Assembly: GCF_964194155.1 (NCBI RefSeq)
Contig: NC_135892.1
Coordinates: forward strand, 4,402,001-4,466,000
Source: Cetorhinus maximus
Lineage: Eukaryota
DNA: 64,000 nucleotides
Direction of reading: 5' to 3'
Notes under the pieces: model-generated
Told to the model about the DNA's origin: nothing
The model's database searches: none
Seen by the model: the letters and a program-made list of their open reading frames with translations, nothing else
Part shown: positions 12,386 to 56,288 of the stretch, piece by piece
How positions within the stretch are numbered: the first letter of the stretch is position 1
Layout of the letters: each line of letters begins with the position of its first letter
Program-made: the position numbers and the translations under genes

Positions 12386-12490
12386 TCTATGCCAGCCTCC
12401 TGTCCCCCATCCAGCGTAGTGTCATTAGCAACAGCCTCACCTTCCCCTCCTCCCACCCCATCTCCACTTTGGCCAAGACAATAACCTGCA

Positions 12491-46203
<33,713 letters not shown>

Positions 46204-46239
46204 CTGCAGATTAATCAAGTTCTACAGCAACTGCCTTTT

Positions 46240-46341
46240 TGGATAAAAGCAAAATGCTGCGGATGCTGGAAATCTAGAACAAAAACACCTGGGAAAACTC
46301 AGCAGGTCTGACAGCATCTGCGGAGAGGGATACAGTTGACA
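46240..46341 (-). mobile_element. Short Penelope-tail insertion in the MCM8 3' UTR, 10-bp TSD
   Basis: AACTGCCTTT at 46229-46238 and 46342-46351; GGAAAACTCAGCAGGTCTGACAGCATCTG core. Confidence 0.8.
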
Positions 46342-46620
46342 AACTGCCTTTGTAGACTTGTTTTCCTTTTGAGGGGGTTAGCACAAAGGCAAGGAGAGCT
46401 AAAAAAAAAATAACATCTACCTTTTGTTGATATTGTTATGTCTTAAATATTTCAAGTTGCAAATCAGTAAAATAGTATGGAGACAATTGAAATATTTAAT
46501 TACTTATACTAGATTTGAGCAAAATCTTAATTTTAGCTTTAAAAAATAGCCAGCCCATTCTTTCAAGATACATACAAAAATGCTTAATTGATTTCATGAT
46601 GTTTAGAAAGTGTTGATAGA

Positions 46621-46626
46621 AATAAA
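46621..46626 (+). terminator. Candidate MCM8 polyadenylation signal AATAAA
   Basis: First canonical hexamer I found after the stop codon, in an AT-rich 3' UTR; not verified. Confidence 0.4.
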
Positions 46627-48109
46627 ATTGCGCGTCCTCATCATTTCCCTTATCCACAAAAATGTCACTTACTGTTCAACAAGAAAATCGAGCTAGAGTA
46701 GAATCTTGATATCAGTTGCCATAGAAAGGTGGGCTTGAACCTACATTCAGCGTACTCCACGTAACTAGTTCTGGTGTTAGCTGTATTTTTGAGGAAAGTA
46801 GGTAAAATAGTTTGGAAACATCAGAAGGCAGAGAAGCGTTGTACTGTATTGCACCTGGTACGGCGTATGCCACTTGGACGAGTGAAGAATAAAAAGCAGC
46901 AAGGTAATCTCCTTGGGCGTTGCACAGGGGCTCAAAACCAGGTCATGTGGGGTTAGAGTAGGATTAATTGGACCAGAGTGTGCAGACACAATTTAATTGC
47001 CTTTTTAAAATTATATAATACTGTTCTTATTTTATATTTGCCACTATAAATTTCTGTAACTTAAATTTATAATGGAAACTCTCTAGTTAAACTTGCTATA
47101 CTGTAGTTGCACCCTGCCCACTGGTGACACTGCAGCACCTTTGCTAGAGGGAAGATATAAGTTGTGTGTCAGTTTTACATCAGTTGCCATCATAAATGCC
47201 AACATAAGAATTTATAATGGGAGGAAGTTGACTTAAGTCTGACCAGTTGAAAGAGTTTTAATAACCACATGTGAGTCAGAAGAAACCCATTTGAACTTTG
47301 TTGATGTGTATTTGCTGTCAGGTGTCTGAAATTCAAGCAATAATATCTTGACTGCCAGGGTGCTGCGTACCTCAGTGAGGTACTTGTGAGGTACGTGAGC
47401 TTTATCTGTGCTCTACCACAGAGTAGGAATAGAATGTGAAGTGTTGTTTCTGTGGATTTACGGCATTAGTTTGGAGAAGGATCTGCCCAGACAGCCTTCA
47501 CAAATGCGTAGTGAGAAGACAGAATTTTTCAAAAACAAATCTTTTCCAATTTAAAAACATTGCTGTAAGTATTAAATGGATCATAGTACATTTTGTTTTT
47601 ACTTTTATAGGTATTTATGTCATCAAGTAATTGTTCCCTGAACTCTTTGTAGAAATCTTACTTCAAATGTTAGCAGTGTATTTTCATTTGTACAAAAGCA
47701 GCTTTTAGTTCAGAAAATACTATGTTCTGTAAATCTGTTATAACCTACAAAGTATAAAAAGGTGTTTCTGTCCACCTAATAGAATGTATTTTGAAAAATG
47801 TAGTGAACAAATGCTATTAAAATTATATATTTTTAAAATATAATGTCCATACCTTTTTGTTTGGACTGATATCTTTATTAAGACTTGGATTTCTTGATTC
47901 ATTTTTATTTTGTCACAGTCTATGCATTTGTGAGAGAATATCACCCAAATGTTGAACTGAGTACAGAAATGAAAGAGCATTGAAAGGTTTGGTATTCAAG
48001 TGCCCTTCTATATATGTGAGCCAGCATTACTGCAATGTATAGTTCACTGGAGAACATAGGAGATTCTGAAAAAAGCAGCACTGTCTGTCAGGCCAATGCA
48101 TGTTAAGTT

Positions 48110-48510
48110 TAAAAATAAAAAAAGACTTGTATTTATATAGCGCTTTTCACAACCAACGGACGTCTTAAAGTGTAGTGACTGTTGTAATGTAGGAATTGCA
48201 GTGGCTAATTTGCACTCTGCAAACTTCCACAAACAACAGTGTAATAATAACCAGAATATTTTTTTGTGATGTTGATTGACGGATAAATATTGGCCAGGAC
48301 ACAGAATAACTCAAATAAAAGCAGTGCTGGAAAAACTCAGGTCTGGCAGCATCTGTGGAGAGAGAAACAGAGTTAACATTGAGTCAAGTATGACTCTTCT
48401 TGGGAACTGAATTCGAGTCATCTTCTATTGGGGGGTGTCATCTTTCAGATGAGATGTGGGTGTATAAGATCCCATGGCACTATTTTGAAGATAAGTAGGG
48501 GAGTTATCCC
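48110..48510 (-). mobile_element. SINE with L2-like tail, interrupted by a Penelope-tail copy (about 48312-48412)
   Basis: CTTGTATTTATATAGCGCTTTTCAC end; similar to 60730-61010 and 37590-37640. Confidence 0.6.
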
Positions 48511-49109
48511 TGGTTATAAAAGCAAAATACTGCGGATGCTGGAAATATAAAATAAAAACAAAGTGTTGGAAAAACTCAGCAGGTCTGGCAGCATTTATGG
48601 AAATAGAGAGTTAACATTGAGTCGAATATGACTTCTTCGGAACTGAGATTTTAATACTTTTACTTTTGTAGTTATTTATGCCTTTAGTTGTTCACTGAAT
48701 TCTTTGTAGAAATTTTACTTCAGATGTTAGTGTATTATCATTTATACAAAAATAGCTTTTAAATCTGTTATAATCCACAAAGTATGGAAAGGACTGTCCT
48801 GCTAATAGAGAATATACTTTGAAAAATGCAATGAACAGATGTTAATAAAATTCAGCATTCAACAGAATGAATGGGATCCTTCCAGAGACATAACTAGTTT
48901 AAATCCAATTTTCAAATTTGGTTCATCCTAAACACCTGGTGATCCAAAATAAAGTACAAAATGCTCCCCATGTTGCCACTGCATTTTTTTCAGCTGTGGG
49001 GAGGAGGGGGTGAATATAGGAAAAAGTTAACCTGGAATATTACTTAACATTGAACTTTAGGAATAGAACTTGAGGACACAGGCTTAAATAAATACAGGTT
49101 AATTTTAGA

Positions 49110-49640
49110 TATAAAACCAGAAAAAGCTGGAAATACTCCTGTCAGGCACCATAAGTCTCTCCACAGATGTTGTCTGACCTGAGTATTTCCTGTAATATTT
49201 CCAGAGTCCACAGCATTTTCCTTTTGTAAAGGTACTTTTAGGACTGATGGCAGGAAATTCAATGCAGAAAGAATGATCAACATGTGGAGACCACCTACAA
49301 ATGAGAACAATGGAGGCGAAAACTCTGCCATTATTAAAGAAACAAGCAGGTACAATACTGAAGTGGGCTTAGCATCTCACTGGGTGAAATTAATGAAGAC
49401 GGGCTTCCTAATCTAGTGAATTTTGCAGAACCATTTTTGAACCCAAATAAAAACAAAAACAAAATAATGCTGGAAATACTCCGCAGGTTAGGCAGCATTT
49501 GTGGAGAGAAACAGAGTTAACACTTCACATTAGGACCATTCATCGGAACCAAAGGCCATTGACCTGAAGCTTTAAGTTTCGCTCCATAGATGCTGTCTGA
49601 CCTGCTGAGTACAGTATTTTGGGTTTTCAGATTTCAAAGT
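49110..49640. mobile_element. Two decayed Penelope-derived fold-backs (about 49110-49225 and 49445-49640)
   Basis: GCTGGAAATACTCC..CAGG..GGCAGCA arms facing CCACAGATG.TG.CTGACCTG..GAGTA arms. Confidence 0.65.
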
Positions 49641-49837
49641 ATTTTGCTTCTGTTAGTTTTTATTCCAATACAGTTAGTTGCTTGGTAGTACAAAACTTGA
49701 ATATTGCTGAAAAGATAGACATGTTGCTGAAGCTTTTTGTCTTGCGCTCATCAGGACAAATGCAAGAATGCCAAATTTCAAACTATCACAATTTATACAA
49801 CAGGAGAAAAGGGTTTTGATGGGTTGGCAAGTTGACT

Positions 49838-50890
49838 TATTTTCTTCATTCTTGAGATGTGGGTGTCGCTGGCTAGGCTTGCATTTATTGCCCATCCATA
49901 ATTGCCCTGGAGATAATGGTAGTGAGCCACCTCCTTGAACCGCAGCAGTCCGTGTGGTGTAGGTACATCCAATGCTGTTAGGGACGGAGTTCCAGGATTT
50001 TGGCCCACTGACAGTGGAGGAACAGTATGTTTCCAGGGTAGTGTCTGGCTTGGGGGGGAACTTCCAGGTGGTGGTGTTCCAATGTGTCTGTTGTCCTTGT
50101 CCTAGATGGTAGTGGTCATGGGTTTGGAAGGTGCTGTCGAAGGAGGCTTGGTGAGTTCCTGCAGTGCATCTTACTGTGCATTGGTGGTGGAGGGAGTGAA
50201 TGTTTATGGATGGGCTGCCAATCAAGCAGGCTGTTTTGTCCTGGATGGTATCAAGCTTCTTGAATGTTGTTGGAGCTACACTCATCCGGGCAAGTGGAGA
50301 GTATGCCATCACACTCCTGACGTGCCTTGTAGATGGTGGACAGGCTTTGGAGAGTCAGGAGATGAGTTACTCACCACAGGATTCCTAGCCTCTGACCTGC
50401 TCTTGTAGCCACAGTATTCAAATGGCTGTTCAATGTTGATAGTGGGGGGATTCAGTGATGGTAATGCCATTAAATGTCAAAGGGTGATGGTTAGGTTCTC
50501 TTCTGTTGGAGATGGCCATTGCCTGGCACTTGTGTGGCATGAATGTATTTTGCCACTTGTCAGCCCAAGCCTGGATAATGTCCAGGTCTTGTTGCATTTG
50601 GACATGGACTGCTTCAGTATCCGATTTGCTGCGAATGGTGTTGAAATGCTGTGCAATCATCAGTAAACATCCCTGCTTCTGACCTTATGATGGAAAAGTC
50701 ATTGATAAAGCAGCTGAAGATGGTTGGGCCTAGGACACTACCCTGTAGTGATGTCTTGGAGCTGAGATGATTGACCTCCAACAACCAGCTTCCTCTGCGA
50801 TAGGTATGACTCCAACCCAGTGGAGAATTTACCCCGCCCCCCCCGCCCGCCCGCCCGCCCGCCCGCCCGCCCGCCCGATTCCCATTGACT
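49838..50890 (-). mobile_element. CR1/L2-group LINE 3' fragment (same family as 611-3208)
   Basis: QMQQDLDIIQAWADKWQ and YSPLA.MS..PTT.KKLDTIQDK; contains a (CCCG)n expansion at 50832-50877. Confidence 0.88.
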
Positions 50891-51219
50891 CGGGTTGGAG
50901 TTGTCGCCCTGGAGAAAGCAATAGTTTGTCAGAGTGACACTTGCCAAGCCATCAGCACCCTTTTCTCCTGCAGCATAAATCAATGTGACGTTTGGAAAAT
51001 TGACATTCTTGTGTTTGTCCTGATGAGTGTAAGGGGAGGGGGAGGGGGAGGAGGGGAGGAAAGAAACTTGTGCCACGTGGCTGTTTTTGTTTTAAAGTGA
51101 TAACCAATATAGTTTCGAGATGAAGCTTTCCTCCACCCTCATAAGCAACCTCCCCTCCCCTCCCTTTGGAGCTTCTACACCTGCGACTTTAAGAGTTGTT
51201 TAAAAATAAAAGTCGGCTA

Positions 51220-51870
51220 AAAGTGTGTGGCCTGCGCCTTTAAGCAGGTGTCGTTCGGGCCTCTTTCTAACCCCCGCCCCCCGCCCTCGAGCCCTGACCT
51301 CGCCGGGGAAATGATGGCTTCTCAGGGCAGCTGCCGACTGAGGCGGGCCCAGGGCAGCAGCAGCAGCGGCGGCCGGGGCTGCTCGCACTGAGCGTCAGGC
51401 CTCGGGGCCGCCCATCCCCACTCCCCGGGCCATGTTCCTGTGGAAAAGCCGCTGGGCGATCGGGCGGGCGGTGAGCCGACCGGTTAAAATGGAGCCGGGG
51501 CCCCGGGCCGGGTGGCCGCCGCCGCCGCCCTGCTGGGCCCACACGCGGCTGCTGAGCTCCGGCGGGGGCCCTCCCCACCCCGGGGCCTGGACCGGGGCCG
51601 GGAGGAGGCGCCTGGGCCCCGGACCCGGCCCCGGCCCCGCCTGGTGGTCCTCCCCTCACGCCCGAGCCCGGCGGCGGGAGGCCGCCCCAGGCCGCGGGCC
51701 CGCCTGCAGCAGCCGCGCCTGCGGAGCCGGCAAAGCGGCCGCCAAGAAGGCAGCCCCGGAGCCCTACCCGTACCGGAGGGTCGGAGACAAGGAGCAGGCG
51801 GAGGAGAGGGAGAGGGCGGCGGCCGCGGCGGCCGGGTCTCCGGAGCTGGTAAGGAGGGAGCGCGGCCCCT
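51220..51870 (+). promoter_or_regulatory. CpG island / promoter and first exon of CRLS1
   Basis: Very GC- and CpG-rich; GC boxes CCCCGCCCC at about 51272-51287. Confidence 0.8.
51432..51848 (+). CDS. CRLS1: CRLS1 coding exon 1 (mitochondrial-targeting-like N-terminus)
   Basis: gcc[22 protein letters not shown]... Arg/Ala-rich ...GSPEL|gtaagg; 139 codons. Confidence 0.85.
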
Positions 51871-54800
51871 CAGTGACCCTCACACTCACTCAGTCTCCCT
51901 CACTCCCTCACACTCACTCTCCCTCACTCTCACACTCACTCTCCCTCACTCTCCCTCACACTCACTCACACTCACTCTCCCTCACACTCCCTCACACTCC
52001 CTCATTCTCCCTCATGACATTGACTGACTTTGTAACTCAGGTCGTCCAATATTCATTCAAACTCGGGCACTAACTCTTTGCTCTTGTTCCTCTCACTCCA
52101 TCACCCTCTCACTCCATCACCCTCTCACTCCATCACCCTCTCACTCCATCACCCTCTCACTCCATCACCCTCTCACTCCATCACCCTCTCACTCCATCAC
52201 CCTCTCACTCAAACACCCTCTCACTCCATCACCCTCTCACTCCATCACCCTCTCACTCAAACACCCTCTCACTCCATCACCCTCTCACTCCATCACCCTC
52301 TCACTCCATCATGTTCACTCCATCACCCTCTCACTCCATCACCCTCTCACTCTATCACCCTCTCACTCCATCACCCTCTCACTCCATCATGTTCACTCCA
52401 TCACCCTCTCACTCCATCATGTTCACTCCATCACCCTCTCACTCCATCATGTTCACTCCATCACCCTCTCACTCCATCACCCTCTCACTCCATCACCCTC
52501 TCACTCCATCACCCTCTCACTCCATCACCCTCTCACTCCATCATGTTCACTCCATCACCCTCTCACTCCATCATGTTCACTCCATCACCCTCTCACTCCA
52601 TCACCCTCTCACTCCATCATGTTCACTCCATCACCCTCTCACTCCATGTTCACTCCATCACCCTCTCACTCCATCATGTTCACTCCATCACCCTCTCACT
52701 CCATCATGTTCACTCCATCACCCTCTCACTCCATCACCCTCTCACTCCATCACCCTCTCACTCCATCACCCTCTCACTCCATCACCCTCTCACTCCATCA
52801 CCCTCTCACTCCATCACCCTCTCACTCCATCACCCTCTCACTCCATCATGTTCACTCCATCACCCTCTCACTCCATCATGTTCACTCCATCACCCTCTCA
52901 CTCCATCATGTTCACTCCATCACCCTCTCACTCCATCATGTTCACTCCATCACCCTCTCACTCCATCATGTTCACTCCATCATGTTCACTCCATCACCCT
53001 CTCACTCCATCACCCTCTCACTGCATCACCCTCTCACTCCATCATGTTCGCTCAATCGCCCTCTCACTCCATCATGTTCGCTCAATCGCCCTCTCACTCC
53101 ATCATGTTCGCTCAATCGCCCTCTCACTCCATCATGTTCGCTCAATCGCCCTCTCACTCCATCATGTTCGCTCAATCGCCCTCTCACTCAATCATGTTCG
53201 CTCAATCGCCCTCTCACTCCATCATGTTCGCTCAATCGCCCTCTCACTCCATGTTCACTCAGGCTCACCCTTTCACTCAATCACTCTCTCACTGAGGTAC
53301 ACCCACTCAGTCAATCACTCTCACTCAGGCACACACTCTCACTCAGGCACACCCTCTCACTCAGGCACACCCTCTCACTCAGTCAATCACTCTCTCTCAG
53401 GCACACCCTCTCACTCAATCACTCTCTCTCATGCCCTATCACTCACACTCAACCACTCTCACACATATATACATAATCACTCACTCAGGCACACCCTCTC
53501 ATTTCACTCAATCGTGTTCAATCAGGCATAGCCTCTCATTCATACACATTCAATCACTTACTAAATCACTCTCCCTCACACACACTCAGTCACACAATTA
53601 TATTCAATCAGGCACAGCCTCTCATACACACTCAATCACTCACACTCAGTCACTCGCTCAATTATTCGCACTCATTAAACACTGAGTTACACACACTCAT
53701 ACATAGTCACTCCCACACATTCTATCGTACTCTCTCACACCCTCTTGCGCTCACACACTCCGTCACGTTTGCACATGCTCCCTCCCCTTCTCACTCTCAT
53801 ACACACACCCTTAACCTTACATACTACCCGTCTTACTCAGACTCACGTACACCCACTTGCATTCACACATGCCCTCTCACTCTCTCATACTCAATCACAT
53901 ACTCGCACACCCAATGATACCGCATCTCTCGCGTGCGTGCGCACACACTCTTTCGCCTCATCACTCCCTCCTGTTCACTCTCTCTTGGTTGCCCCGTTAC
54001 TCTTAGTCATTGACTCACTTCCACATATTCCTTGGGATTGGATTTTTCTCCAGCGCTTTATCCTAGAGTCACTTAGAGATACACGTACTGCAGTTGTGGA
54101 CTTTGCTGCTGCAACATTACTGCCTCATTTTTGGCATGGGCTGCACCAGAGCTGATGTTTTCAAAACATTGTGGTTCATATTATTAGTGATTAGGCTTGG
54201 GGCCAGTGGTTAGGGTTAGGAACGTCTCATAAATTTATCCTATTATTAAATGTGAGCAGTCATTTTATGATGACCTTTGAAATTTATTAGTGATTTTTAG
54301 GGTATGGCAGAATGTGCTCTGATGTTTCTGGAAGAGCTGAAGACGTGGTTAGTCAATCTTCCATGGATAATCTCAGATTTTGTTATAGATACGGCTGTGT
54401 GCTGTATGATAAATCTTCTCTAGCTGGCTCTTCACACCTCTTTAGTGGAGGTGCAATTGTCAATTTACACCTGAAATTGCTGGAGCGGTGTTTTGGGCTG
54501 TGCATGCAGTTTGTTGTGCTTTTCAGCTCCCTGTTCATATTGATTTCTGTTGGTACCATGGAAATCATCATTCATGAGGTCAGTGACATATCAGAGACCT
54601 TGTGGGCAATGTGCCTGGTTGCATACCCTGCAACTACTAGCACTGTTTAATGGTGAGAACAGTGCTATAAGTCAAATTGAGGAGTTGCAGTAAATGAACT
54701 TCTTCTGAAACCAAACCAGATCAACTAAATAAACTTCTTAAAAATGCTGGAAAAATTAACCTCTTGTGTCTGCTTGTCCCTGTTGTCAGTGCTTCCCCGT

Positions 54801-56246
54801 TGCTTTGAGTTTTACATGTCATAGACAGTTCACATACTACATGTGTGATAACCTGACTGTTGATGAAAGTGGCAGGTTCCTCACGTGGAGCCTTCAGCAG
54901 CATGTGGGTCCCACCAACGATCTGCTGCACACTGGGGAAGCCAGCAATCCAGTGGAAGTTGGTACGCTGGCTATTTAATGCAGTTGGCTACACTGTGGAA
55001 GGTTCTAGGCTGCAGATCCTCACAGCTCCCTGATAAATGTCACAGAGGCCTTCGGCCACGGGTGCCTCAAGCGACACATCAATTCCAAGTTGTAATTGGC
55101 AGCATAATAAGTAGTAATTAGGAACGGGGGACTTCTCAGTGGATTTCTTATTACAATTCTTTTGCCTTCTTTACATGTAAAAATAGATTGGGGGTGGGGG
55201 GGGTGCCCTGAGATGCTAATAGTGCTCTGGGTGACAAAAACTGGCAAGAATAAACTTTCAAATTTGAGAAATTTAGGAAAAAGTACTTTTGGAACAATTT
55301 CCTGACTGCTGACATCAGGCTCCAAAGTTTTAAATGTTCCTTTATTGGCCTATCAGGCTGAGAGTCATGTGTTGGCCATTGGCTGCATCAATACCTAGGT
55401 GCTCCATGACTTTGTTTTTCAGTTGCACTGGCTGTGGCAGAGGTAGCAGCATAAATCCCACAAATTGGAGATTGGTACTAACTGCAATGGGAAAACCAAG
55501 TGCTGATACTAGAATTTTATCAGCTTTGGCGAGGCTGACAATGACAGATTTAGATGAGAAAAGATGGGAGGAGGCTCGAGTGGAGCATAAATGCTGGCGT
55601 AGATTGGTTGGGTTGAACGACCTGTTTCTGTGCGGTATAACCTATCCCAGTAGCGGATGATGAAAACTGATGACATTATCTCAGTTACTCCGCTTTGTAA
55701 ATGATTTAACAACAGTGCACACCAGCATTGATCAGCAATGTCCCAGGAATTTCAAACCCACATTTATGTGTCGCTCATACCTTGGATGCAAAGTTCTTCC
55801 GCCTGACTGACGTATTTCATATTCATGACGGAGGAGCAAAGCAGAACTCAAACTCTGAGCAATGAGGCAAATCTACCATTAGAAAAAACAAAAACAGAAT
55901 TACCTGGAAAAACTCAGCAGGTCTGGCAGCATCGGCGGAGAAGAAAAGAGTTGACGTTTCGAGTCCTCATGACCCTTCAGCAGAACTGAGTATAGTTAGG
56001 AGAGGGGTGAAATATAAGCTGGTTTAAGGTTGGGGGGGAGGGGGAGGGGGGTGGTTGTAGGGACAAGCAAGCAGTGATAGGAGCAGATAATCAAAAGATG
56101 TCACAGACAAAAGGAACAAAGGGGTGTTGAAGGTGGTGATATTATCTAAGATACCTTCAACACCCCTTTGTTCCTTTTGTCTGTGACATCTTTTGATTAT
56201 CTGCTCCTATCACTGCTTGCTTGTCCCCACAACCACACCCACCCCC

Positions 56247-56288
<42 letters not shown>

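Noticed and set aside
51849-52073. C-terminal part of ORF 51432-52073 as coding
   Set aside because: Read-through past the CTG|GTAAGG donor into low-complexity intron sequence.
52078-53531. 400-aa His/Ser-rich ORFs
   Set aside because: Minisatellite artefacts within CRLS1 intron 1.
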